Below are positions 19,351-28,588 of a DNA stretch of 64,000 bases, piece after piece (the stretch's first letter is position 1; each line of letters opens with the position of its first letter). This stretch comes from Gammaproteobacteria bacterium (GTDB taxonomy: Bacteria; Pseudomonadota; Gammaproteobacteria; JBCCGL01). The stretch lies in assembly GCA_965277715.1 (NCBI GenBank), contig OZ255836.1, positions 1,184,001-1,248,000 of the forward strand, read 5' to 3'. Made by a program: the position numbers and the translations under genes. The notes under the pieces were generated by a model that saw nothing but the letters and a program-made list of their open reading frames with translations, ran no database searches and was not told the DNA's origin.

Positions 19351-21127
19351 GCGGGACCTCCTGTTTGGCAAGCTCGGCGATAACGTTCAGTTGCTTATAG
19401 AGGGTTTTAAACTGGTCAGCAGAGGTAACCTCTGCCATATGCGCCAGCCAGCTCAGGTCGGTGGCGCGGTCTTTGGCCTTATTAGCTGCCAACAGGGCTT
19501 TAAAACAGTTATCAGGTAGGCGGTTGTTGGCCAGCTTGTGCTCTTTGATAAAAGCACTGCGTGCAGCGGTGGTGGGATTGAGCAGCCCCTCCACGACCAC
19601 CAGCATGGGCACGTTTAACTTGGCGAGAGGTAGGTTACCGTCACTGGCCTCGGGGATATCAGTTTCTTGGTAGTTTGGGCTTTCGCTGATCTCGATTTCT
19701 GGTGAACGCTCTTGCAAATAAAGCTGGCGGAAAATTTCGGGGCTAACGCCGTGGTAAATATCGTAATCACTTTGTTCAGGAAGATCGGGAAAGATATCCT
19801 GCGGGTGCACGCCGTAGCGGTTGTTGATGCCCTGCCGGATCGCCGCTTGATAGCGCGGCAAAAACCGCCCACCGCGCCTGCTGGCCCCGCCGCCCTGGTT
19901 TAGCGCTGCCTTGATATCGCTGATATCCAGGGCGTTATTCTCGTCCAGTTCGGTGGATAACAGCCAGCCATACACCTTGGCTTCATTGCGCAGCAGCCGG
20001 TACAGGGCTGGGTAGAGTTGTTGCAAGATGGTGAGCCTGGCGACCAATAGTGTGCTGATATCCTGGCCGCCAAGCTGGCGCAGGCGGTCGACTTTAAGGC
20101 GCGTGCCTTCGACCGCACGGATCAGTTTGCGCGGCACGGGTGGCAGGGCATCGAGAAACAGATTTAGTAATGCCTCATCGGTTTGTTTCTCGGTTGACTG
20201 TTCGGGTTTCAGGGCCAGGTCTGTACGGTGTTTTTCATCCTGATTGGTCTGTTCGGTTAGTTTAACGTCTGTTAGAGAGAAAAAATCCTCAAACGTGTCG
20301 GTAAGGAATTTCTGTGCCGACTTCTTCGACCATAGCGGTAGATACACCGGCACATGGACGATCTTTTCCAGGTATTCGCTACCGCTGATCGGGGGCGCGA
20401 ACGCGTCCGGTTCCTCTGGCTTGCCATCATCACCCTGTGGGCGCGAGAACAGATAATCACGGTAGCGGTGGTTGATACCGCGCTCGACCACTTCTTCATC
20501 CACCGCCAGGACAAAACTAAAGTTTTTCAGGTTGAGGAACAGCTTGATGGACTCCAGCATTTCCACCGCCTTTTCCGGCAGGCAGCGATCGAGATCGTCG
20601 ATCAGTACGACAAAGCGCAGGGTCTCATCAAGCCCCAAGGTATCGAGTTGTTTGAAGGCACCGTAGTACAGTGAATCACATTGATTCGCTCGGGTATTCC
20701 GGGCTTTATCCAGCATCGACTTGCCGTTAACTTCTAACGCCGCCCCAGGTAGGCCAAACTTGAATTTGATACCGGCGGCTACGGCGATGGCGAAGTCTGC
20801 AAAGATCTTAGTCGACTTATTCAGTCCTTTCTTAATGGCTCTATAGGGAGGTTGGGTTGTTTTAACCACCTGCTCTATGGTTTTAAGCAGTGGAACTATC
20901 AGGTGTTCTTCTCTCTCATACCGCCAGGGGGAGAAAAACACCGGGATATAAAAGTAATCACCAGGCTTGGCGGATAAATCGCGAAAATAACCCTCAATAT
21001 TGCGCAGCGTGCGGGTTTTACCGACACCCCATTCGCCATACACCGACACCACCAACGCCTCACGGCTGGGCTGGTGCGGAAAGCTGGTTTCAATTAACCG
21101 GCAAATGCTGGTGTGGAAGTCTTCCAT
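19343..21127 (-). CDS. KAP-family P-loop NTPase
   Basis: Walker A GEWGVGKT, FSPWRY, Walker B VVLIDDLDRC, FVLAVD, EYLEKIVHVP, PRKLIR. Confidence 0.92.
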   Translation of the reverse strand: MEDFHTSICRLIETSFPHQPSREALVVSVYGEWGVGKTRTLRNIEGYFRDLSAKPGDYFYIPVFFSPWRYEREEHLIVPLLKTIEQVVKTTQPPYRAIKKGLNKSTKIFADFAIAVAAGIKFKFGLPGAALEVNGKSMLDKARNTRANQCDSLYYGAFKQLDTLGLDETLRFVVLIDDLDRCLPEKAVEMLESIKLFLNLKNFSFVLAVDEEVVERGINHRYRDYLFSRPQGDDGKPEEPDAFAPPISGSEYLEKIVHVPVYLPLWSKKSAQKFLTDTFEDFFSLTDVKLTEQTNQDEKHRTDLALKPEQSTEKQTDEALLNLFLDALPPVPRKLIRAVEGTRLKVDRLRQLGGQDISTLLVARLTILQQLYPALYRLLRNEAKVYGWLLSTELDENNALDISDIKAALNQGGGASRRGGRFLPRYQAAIRQGINNRYGVHPQDIFPDLPEQSDYDIYHGVSPEIFRQLYLQERSPEIEISESPNYQETDIPEASDGNLPLAKLNVPMLVVVEGLLNPTTAARSAFIKEHKLANNRLPDNCFKALLAANKAKDRATDLSWLAHMAEVTSADQFKTLYKQLNVIAELAKQEVPHD

Positions 21128-21346
21128 TAGGCTGATAATTTTTTGGGGTTAGGTGGTATCGGTTAATACATTTAACATCACTACCAATAGAGTGTATCTG
21201 AAATCTGGATATTTTCAGTGGTGGCGCTATAGAAAGCGTTTTAGAAAAGCCGTGAAATGCGCGTTTGGTACAGAAAGGGGGCGTCTTTAGCTTTGCAAAA
21301 AATCAGAATTTTGGAAAGCAGGCCTGCCTCAAAAATGCCCCTGTTA

Positions 21347-21646
21347 TTATGTGTTGAGCCACTCATGAGTGATACGTTGACGCATTTCTACAGATATGCG
21401 GTTGTACTCAACAAGCTCAAACAAAAGTTTTTCTGCAACCGTCTTATGAAGCAACTCATTTCGGTAAGCTCTTGCTATGAGCACCCCAATACCAAGAACA
21501 TCAATTCCCAAATCTAATGCTTCTTGTGCACCCTGCATTTCTTCAATAAGAAGGATTACCTTTTTCTTTCTCGCCAGAGAAAGCGCAAATCGCTCGCCTA
21601 TATCAAGGTTTCTTTGAAATTTTCCTATCTCTCGCGCTTTAAAATA
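21347..21646 (-). pseudogene. 3' remnant of a DUF3368-like PIN-domain gene
   Basis: The frame reads NLDIGERFALSLARKKKVILLIEEMQGAQEALDLGIDVLGIGVLIARAYR...RIS. An in-frame TGA lies at 21647-21649 and no N-terminal PIN half is visible. Confidence 0.6.
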
Positions 21647-21801
21647 TCACATTCTCCCTTTTACTTGTCGTTTATACTTCTAAAAACGATAATGAAAAAA
21701 AACATTGGTAAGCGTCAATTCTGTTAAAAGCTTTGAAGCTGGAAAAGGGGACGTGTGAATGCCATTTCAAAAGAAGGAGGATTCAAAGGTGCCAACGACC
21801 A

Positions 21802-22932
21802 TTAAAAAAACAACACCACTTTAAACTCTTCTCCTATCTCCTCAAACTCAACACGCCGATTCAATTTCTCCACCTCCTGACACACCATCGGCAACCCCCG
21901 ACCAAGCTTATCCACATAGCGCATATTTTCCAAAAACTTCAAGATAATGGTATTGGTAGCATAAGACACACCGTATTTAAGTTTCTCTACAGTGACAGTA
22001 TTCGGTAGTCGACCAGGGGAAATAAACTCTATTCGATCATCAAACTGCAAAATCCGAACCCTGGAACCAGAAATACTATAATTCCTATGGGTTACCGCAT
22101 TGACAATAAGTTCTCGCAGCACCTTATCTGGATAAACAGCACCCAGAGCCGTCGTTTTAGCCCCGGAAATACGACTGGGTTGTTTTATATTGTGCTTTAT
22201 CACTGTCAGGGTTTTGTCGATTTGTTCGGGAAGCGCACCGTCAATAACCTGCTTATCTATCAACTCATCACTTACCTGATTACCCTGGTAGTGCGCATAA
22301 GAGATACAGGCATTCGGTAAATACCTTTGCGGATTGATACCAAAAATCAATAGCCCAGCCACCGTCGCTTTACCATCTTGCATTACATCCATATTACTCA
22401 ATAGGTTTTCTTTGTTTTCCTCTTCTGAAAACGTTCTCTGGTAAGGTAAAAAATACTTATCTAATGAATTAAAGTTAAAATCCGAAAGTTTAGTCCTCTC
22501 GACGAGCGTTGCATCGTAATGAAATACACCAGATTGTTGAAATAAGCGCATTAGTTCTTGTATTGAAGCGACGCGATTGGTTGCACCAACCCGGATCAGA
22601 TATTGGTTATTAAGCGTCTGGTAGGGTTTATCCAATCCTTTGGGCACATCGACAATGCCAACCTGTTTGCCCTGATAAGATTCCAGGCTTACTGCGCAAA
22701 TGACGGGGGGGACAATATTATTCCGGCTGATATTGGCTACCCAATCGACAAAATCTTTATCTCTACTTAAACCACTCACCTGACCGTCGTCAGCAACACC
22801 AATTAGAACAACTCCACCGCCAGCATTCGAAAATGCCACTATTTCTTTGGCAAGGCTTTCTGCCCGTACCTCTTCAGCCTTAAACTCGATGGCTTGGTTT
22901 TCGCCTTGCTCCAGCAAATCTTTCAATGACAT
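21802..22932 (-). CDS. AlbA_2 (Schlafen-like) domain + RecG-C/HATPase_c_4-like domain protein
   Basis: GENQAIEFK...AFSNAGGGVVLIGVADDG, RELIVNAVTHRNY, DRIEFISPG. Confidence 0.85.
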   Translation of the reverse strand: MSLKDLLEQGENQAIEFKAEEVRAESLAKEIVAFSNAGGGVVLIGVADDGQVSGLSRDKDFVDWVANISRNNIVPPVICAVSLESYQGKQVGIVDVPKGLDKPYQTLNNQYLIRVGATNRVASIQELMRLFQQSGVFHYDATLVERTKLSDFNFNSLDKYFLPYQRTFSEEENKENLLSNMDVMQDGKATVAGLLIFGINPQRYLPNACISYAHYQGNQVSDELIDKQVIDGALPEQIDKTLTVIKHNIKQPSRISGAKTTALGAVYPDKVLRELIVNAVTHRNYSISGSRVRILQFDDRIEFISPGRLPNTVTVEKLKYGVSYATNTIILKFLENMRYVDKLGRGLPMVCQEVEKLNRRVEFEEIGEEFKVVLFF

Positions 22933-23196
22933 AGGTTTGGTGCTATCGAATGGAATACAAATAGAGAATAAACACCTGCCTCAACATTGTCTAGCAAGTG
23001 CCGTTATCGAAAATACTGTGACAGAGCAGGCCTAATGTCTCTCAACCTGCCCATTTTCGGTGATACACAGTATCTTGGCCCGTTACAGAAAATGTAAAAA
23101 GGGCTTAAAAAGGGATCAGTTTTGTGTCATCGGGCAGCCAGGCTACTCTAATAAACTAAATTGTTGCAATTCTATTCTGTTATAAAAAATACCCAT

Positions 23197-24324
23197 CTAT
23201 GTGTTTACTTGAATATGGGTGGAATCTAACCGGGTATCTTGCCACGGTGTAAAAACCTTCGAGACGAAGGGCGAGGTCATTGCACGAAGCAATGCGCTGT
23301 AGTTAAGTTGAAATGTCACTTCTTCGCCAACAAACAGGTCACCTTCGACAGGCTCGATGACAAGGTGGTCACTACTGGCACCCAGAATTTCAATACCCGC
23401 AGGGGCTTGCAGGCCACCGGGATCGATATCCTGTATGCCAATGGCAAGGATGGCCTGTCTCACGAGACCGCGATCCGTCGTCGATACAGCCTCGCCGAAG
23501 GCAGATTGCGCAATATGCCCTGTGGGTTGTGATGGCTTAAGCTTTGATTCAATCACCTCTGCAACCAGCGTGATAGCATTGCTGTGCAAACCATTAATCG
23601 GCTGGCGCTGTAGTGGCTCGCAGCCCAATAAAACCGCCTCGCCTAAACGTAGGTTATTAATTCGCCCTGTATCGGTTTCCGTGTTATTCAGTGCCCATTG
23701 AATATTGGCCGAATTGCCACCTGACACCGTATCCAAGGTTAAATCGAACGTCGTTTCAATACGATTCGCAAGCCCGGATAATATAGCCATATTGGTGGCA
23801 TCAGGAGACACACCACTGCGGCAAGCGAGGTTGGTGCCGATGCCTTTGAGCAAAATATTTGGCAGGCTTAACACCTCACGTACAGTATCTATCAAATCCT
23901 CAGGCAGTATGCCTTCACGCAAGTCGCCTAGCTCAACCATTAATAGCAATTGGTGAGTACGCCCTTGTTTGCGGGCTTCAACAGAAAGTTTTTTTATCAC
24001 CTCGATTTCAGTATTGCAGCTCATATCCGCATACATAACAACCTGCGCTGCCTGGCTGAGCATCGGTGAACGAATCAGTATTGTCACCGCGTCTTTTATC
24101 AGTACTTCATTGCTGGCAAGGCGCATGGCCTTTATATTTTCAATGCGCGAATCACCCAGTACCATTACCCCTGCCCGCAACAGTGCGTTCGCCATTTCCA
24201 TTGAGCCGAGAGTCGCCTTAGTTACCCCCGTGACTGAAATGCCGCGTTCAGCGAGTCGCGTAACTAATTCATGCGCATTGTGGTAAATTTTGTTGAGGTC
24301 AATTTCCAACCTGGGCGCGACCAT
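23197..24324 (-). CDS. Alanine/ornithine racemase-family PLP enzyme (Orr/YhfX-like)
   Basis: PRLEIDLNKI, GVTK (PLP Lys), MVELGDLREG, GTNLAC, SGGNS, LRLGEA, GASSDH. Confidence 0.85.
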   Translation of the reverse strand: MVAPRLEIDLNKIYHNAHELVTRLAERGISVTGVTKATLGSMEMANALLRAGVMVLGDSRIENIKAMRLASNEVLIKDAVTILIRSPMLSQAAQVVMYADMSCNTEIEVIKKLSVEARKQGRTHQLLLMVELGDLREGILPEDLIDTVREVLSLPNILLKGIGTNLACRSGVSPDATNMAILSGLANRIETTFDLTLDTVSGGNSANIQWALNNTETDTGRINNLRLGEAVLLGCEPLQRQPINGLHSNAITLVAEVIESKLKPSQPTGHIAQSAFGEAVSTTDRGLVRQAILAIGIQDIDPGGLQAPAGIEILGASSDHLVIEPVEGDLFVGEEVTFQLNYSALLRAMTSPFVSKVFTPWQDTRLDSTHIQVNT

Positions 24325-25508
24325 TAGGCCACCGTCAGGAAATTTACCTGAAGTTTTGGGAAGGCCGCAACGACCATTTCGACCAGATACTTGGGTGAAT
24401 GCGTTAAGGCATCAGTAACCGGAATACCCAGTTTTTGCTGGTACTGGATAATGGCGGTATTGACTTCAGCATCTGTCATGTTTTCATGGTTCAGGGTTAA
24501 CCCTATAACCTTGGTATCAGCAAAGGTTTCAATCAAATCAATCTCTGATTCGGGCGTAGGTATCGGCATCTGCTCAAAATCACAGCGCCACTTGCGGCTC
24601 GGTGCATGCTGCAATACCACGCCGTTAGCACAACTGCCACGGAGAATAAAAGATGAAGAGGAAAAAGCGGGATGACTCAATGCGCTCTGCCCTTCAATAA
24701 TAATCACATCCGGGCTTTCATTTTCAAACGCTTCAACAACGGTTGCTTCTAACTCTCCCACACAGAATTGTGATGGAATCGCATCTAGCGCAACACCATA
24801 ACGCGTGCCTTGAATTAACCCGGTTTGGCCCGTTCCAACCATCACTGCTTTTATACCATGCTCATTGAGTGCTCGGGTCAAGACAGTCGCTGTGGTACGT
24901 TTTCCAATCGCGCAGTCGGTACCAAGAACCGCGATACGGGGACAAGACACTTCGGCAATACGGCCACTGAATAATCGCAAATCTTTTTTGGCGCGTGGTC
25001 TGCGCACGTCGAGAATTTCTACATTACTCGATATACAGGCCGCTATAAAAACAGGGTCGTCGTTAAGAAACTCATGTAAGCCATTGACGATGTGCATACC
25101 ATGGCTCATCGCCTCAAGTATCACGCTGCGTTCGTGTATGGACAACATACCGCTGGCAGGTGCCATACCAAAGATAAAATAATCCGGCACATTACCTGCT
25201 CGCTCCAGCGCATCGGCTAGATCTCGACAAATGGGGATAGCATTGATTTTATTATCGAGCACTAAACCTGTGTCGAGACCCGCTTTTTCGCTATCGATAA
25301 CAGAAAGGATGCTGTACTTTTCCGAATGGCGCACGAGTCCATTGGCTGTTTTACCATCAATTGCAGCAAAGTTTGCTTCACAATAGACAATGGCGGTGGC
25401 CGTTGGCTGCTTGACGTGCGCAGGTTTCGATGGGAAATGCGCTATTACGTCATTCTTGACAACAGTAGGACGTTTGAGAATAGGTGAGTTTATTGGTCTT
25501 GTAGACAT
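24324..25508 (-). CDS. DUF1611 family protein (DgcN-like)
   Basis: GKTANGLVR, NGLHEFL, GTDCAIGKRTT, TGQTG, IEGQSAL.HP; TAATG overlap with the racemase gene. Confidence 0.85.
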   Translation of the reverse strand: MSTRPINSPILKRPTVVKNDVIAHFPSKPAHVKQPTATAIVYCEANFAAIDGKTANGLVRHSEKYSILSVIDSEKAGLDTGLVLDNKINAIPICRDLADALERAGNVPDYFIFGMAPASGMLSIHERSVILEAMSHGMHIVNGLHEFLNDDPVFIAACISSNVEILDVRRPRAKKDLRLFSGRIAEVSCPRIAVLGTDCAIGKRTTATVLTRALNEHGIKAVMVGTGQTGLIQGTRYGVALDAIPSQFCVGELEATVVEAFENESPDVIIIEGQSALSHPAFSSSSFILRGSCANGVVLQHAPSRKWRCDFEQMPIPTPESEIDLIETFADTKVIGLTLNHENMTDAEVNTAIIQYQQKLGIPVTDALTHSPKYLVEMVVAAFPKLQVNFLTVA

Positions 25509-25702
25509 AGTTTCCTCTTGAGTGGAAGGCTCAGAGGAGGCAACAGTATCGCGCCGACCCGAATTGGCCGAATGTCAACAAGAAGTACCGCTAAGTCATA
25601 GTGCACCGGGAAGAATATCCCGATGGGTAGACGTGATTAGGCATAGTAACACAAGCCAACGCTAACTATTGACATTCTTTGAGTGATCATCACGCTTCTT
25701 TT

Positions 25703-25727
25703 AACCTAAGTTCCGCAGTTGAATCGT
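25703..25727. repeat. 25-bp dispersed repeat, copy 2
   Basis: Exact match to 12547..12571. Confidence 0.85.
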
Positions 25728-25747
25728 CCTGACACACCACCGTAAAG

Positions 25748-27202
25748 CTATTGCCAGGGCAGCGAAAAGGTTTTGACCGTGGTGTAACTTTTCATCGCTT
25801 CAATAACCCCTTCTTTATACCCCAAACCGGAATCCTTGACGCCACCAAACGGTGACATTTCAATGCGATACCCCGGCACTTCCCAAATATTCACCGTCCC
25901 TGTGCGCAGTTCATTAATAAATCGGATGATATGATCCATACGGTTGGTGCAAACACCAGAAGACAAACCAAATGCGGTGGAGTTGGCAACGCGAATCGCA
26001 TCGTCAATATCCTTGACGCGAATGATCGGGATCGGCGGGCCAAAGGTTTCTTCAACAACCAATTCACAATCAGCCGGTACATGGTCGAGTACTGTCGGTG
26101 AGTAGACGGCACCCTGGCGGTCGTTGCCATACAGTAGCGTCGCACCCTTTGCTATCGCATCATTAACCCGCGATTCAAATAGTATGGCCGCCTGCTCATT
26201 GATCACTGTGCCCACATCGGTGTCCGGGTCCATCGGGTTGCCGTATTTTAATTTAGCCGCTTTTTTGGCGACCAGCGCGGCAAATTCATCGCCCACCGAA
26301 TCGGCACACAATATGCGCTTCACCGCTGTGCAGCGCTGGCCGGAGTTCTTTGTCGCCCCGGCAACGGCCAGTTCTGCCGCTTTGTCGAGGTCGGCATCAT
26401 CCATGACGATCAGCGGGGCGTTCCCCCCCAGCTCCAGCACGGTGCGACGATAACCCGCCGTATTGGCGATATATTTACCCACCGGAACACCCCCGGTGAA
26501 GGTAATCAGTTCAATGTTCGGGTTGGTGATCATTTCGTCGCCAATGTCTTCCGGCAGGCCGGTGACAATCGATAACATTTCCGGCGGCAGGCCCGCCGCG
26601 TAAATAATATCCGCCAGCAATAGCGCCGTGAGCGGGGTCAGCTCGGTTGGCTTGCCTACCATGCAGTTGTTGGTGGCGATCGATGGCGCTATTTTGTGTG
26701 AAATCATATTCAACGGGTGGTTGAACGGGGTAATCGCCGATAGGGCTTTCAGGGGTTCGCGCTGGGTGAAAATTTTGCGCTGTTTACCGTGGGGGGTTAG
26801 GTCACAGGAAAATACCTCACCATCATCGAGAATGCACAATTGCCCCGCCAGGCTGAATACATCGAAGGCGCGCCCCACTTCGTAGATTGAATCTTTTTTT
26901 GATAAGCCACACTCGGCGGTAATCAAATCCGAGATTTCATCCCGGCGGGCAACCAAGGCCTCAGCGGTGCGCTGTAAGATTTGCTGCCGTTCATAGCGGC
27001 TTAAGGTGGGTGTGTAGTTGGCGGCAATGTCAAATGCCCCGGCAACTTGCGCACGGCTGGCGCGGGGCACGGTGCCTACCAGGCTGTTGTCGTAGGGGTT
27101 AAAAACCTCGACGCACTTGCCGGTTTCGCCATCGACCAATTTACCGGCGATGCGCATTTTTTCGTGGCGTACGGGGGTTACAGACTCACTCGCTGCACTC
27201 AT
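25748..27202 (-). CDS. phnY: Phosphonoacetaldehyde dehydrogenase
   Basis: ALDH motifs [25 protein letters not shown]; SCDLTPHGK; follows phnA. Confidence 0.9.
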   Translation of the reverse strand: MSAASESVTPVRHEKMRIAGKLVDGETGKCVEVFNPYDNSLVGTVPRASRAQVAGAFDIAANYTPTLSRYERQQILQRTAEALVARRDEISDLITAECGLSKKDSIYEVGRAFDVFSLAGQLCILDDGEVFSCDLTPHGKQRKIFTQREPLKALSAITPFNHPLNMISHKIAPSIATNNCMVGKPTELTPLTALLLADIIYAAGLPPEMLSIVTGLPEDIGDEMITNPNIELITFTGGVPVGKYIANTAGYRRTVLELGGNAPLIVMDDADLDKAAELAVAGATKNSGQRCTAVKRILCADSVGDEFAALVAKKAAKLKYGNPMDPDTDVGTVINEQAAILFESRVNDAIAKGATLLYGNDRQGAVYSPTVLDHVPADCELVVEETFGPPIPIIRVKDIDDAIRVANSTAFGLSSGVCTNRMDHIIRFINELRTGTVNIWEVPGYRIEMSPFGGVKDSGLGYKEGVIEAMKSYTTVKTFSLPWQ

Positions 27203-27264
27203 TGTGTTGTCACTCCGATTGTCTCGTTATAGGTGGTGGGTCATTAGCGATCACCACCGTAAAT

Positions 27265-27321
27265 TAATTATTTTTCAGGTAATTATTTTCCAGGTAATTA
27301 TTTTTTAGGCAATTTCTTAGG
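27265..27321. repeat. 15-bp tandem repeat (TAATTATTTTYYAGG x3 + partial)
   Basis: Directly visible between phnA and phnY. Confidence 0.8.
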
Positions 27322-28564
27322 CGACATGATTCAGTGCCAAATCGTATATATCAAAATTGCGCAGGCGGCGTGCGCTATCGACATTAACCAGGGGTTGGCT
27401 ACACACCAGCGGCACCACTTGCTCTGACGCGCCACCGTGCGAGCGCAACGGCACTTCAAGGCCCGATAGGTCGTGCCGGTCTTGCGTGGTGCCCAATACT
27501 TTCTGTTGTGCGCTAACGACAATCAAATCGCCCATGCGATCCTGTGCCAACTCATATTCCGCGCACCCCTCAGCGTTATCAAAAACAGATTCGATGCCAT
27601 CGATTGCCTTCAGGCTGGCTTTCACACTGTCGGCATCGACACTGTCCGGCAGGTATACCGTGGCAAACGAGCCCAGTGCGCCGTGGTGCACCACATAGGG
27701 GTCGGTGATAGGCAGAATCACCCGCGCCACACCCTTGCCGAGCAGCGTATCGAGTTGATCTTGTAGGTACAATACATCCGGCGCACCGTTGGTATCGTGT
27801 TTGGCGTTCATGCCGTGGTCAGCGGTCAGAGCCACCACCGCACCGAGGGCGTCGAGTTGCGCCCAATAGCTGTCCATCATGGCGTAAAAGGCATTGGCAC
27901 CTTCGCTGCCAGGGGCAAATTTATGTTGGATGTAGTCGGTGGTTGAGAGGTACATAATGTCCGGGCGCTGGGTTTCCATCAGTTTGACGCCCGCAGCGAA
28001 AATAAACTCTGACAGCGCCGCGCTGTAAACATCGGGCACTGCCATCCCAACCATCTCAACGACGTTTTCAATACCGTTATCTTGCAGGTTTGCCTGGTCA
28101 GATTTCTCCGAGGAGAAGCAAACCGCACCATCACTGCCATAGCGTAGCTGCTTACCCAGCAGGCGGCGCAGTTTGTCTTTGGCGGTAATAATCGCCACCT
28201 TGGCGCCCGCATCCTGAAAGGCTTTAAACAGTGTCGGCACGCGCAGTAATTCAGGCTCATTCATCATCACTTCCCGATCGTTTTCGCGGTCGTAGTAGAA
28301 GTTGCCACAAATACCGTGCACCACTGGCGGTACACCAGTGACGATGGAAAGGTTGTTAGGGTTGGTGAAGCTGGGCACCACACACTCCACCCGCAGATCG
28401 CTGCCCTGCCCGGCAATCACTTTTTCTGCCCAGGGCATTACCCCCGCTTTAACCGCTTCTTCGATATAACTTGGCTCTGAGCCATCGACACAAATAGCGA
28501 CCACGGGCCTTGACGGCCATTTGTAATCGCGGCCATTGACTGTTACGGATTTGCTTTCGCCCAT
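27317..28564 (-). CDS. phnA: Phosphonoacetate hydrolase
   Basis: VTVNGR, CVDG, PSFTNPNNLSIVTG, YLSTTDYIQHK, TADHG, RSHGG. Confidence 0.93.
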   Translation of the reverse strand: MGESKSVTVNGRDYKWPSRPVVAICVDGSEPSYIEEAVKAGVMPWAEKVIAGQGSDLRVECVVPSFTNPNNLSIVTGVPPVVHGICGNFYYDRENDREVMMNEPELLRVPTLFKAFQDAGAKVAIITAKDKLRRLLGKQLRYGSDGAVCFSSEKSDQANLQDNGIENVVEMVGMAVPDVYSAALSEFIFAAGVKLMETQRPDIMYLSTTDYIQHKFAPGSEGANAFYAMMDSYWAQLDALGAVVALTADHGMNAKHDTNGAPDVLYLQDQLDTLLGKGVARVILPITDPYVVHHGALGSFATVYLPDSVDADSVKASLKAIDGIESVFDNAEGCAEYELAQDRMGDLIVVSAQQKVLGTTQDRHDLSGLEVPLRSHGGASEQVVPLVCSQPLVNVDSARRLRNFDIYDLALNHVA

Positions 28565-28588
28565 TTTTACTCTCCAGAATTTAGACAA

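Noticed and set aside
17086-21127. Diversity-generating retroelement acting on the FGE-like C-terminus or the repeats
   Set aside because: No reverse transcriptase, avd or template repeat is visible in the window, and variation occurs as recurring cassettes rather than adenine-specific changes. A trans-acting DGR elsewhere cannot be excluded
25591-25644. 17-codon leader peptide MPNHVYPSGYSSRCTMT upstream of DUF1611
   Set aside because: It has no SD, its ATG overlaps the putative -10 box, and it has no telling codon run
12547-25727. 25-bp direct repeats as attL/attR of an integrated element
   Set aside because: The interval contains the essential lysS and prfB genes and no integrase
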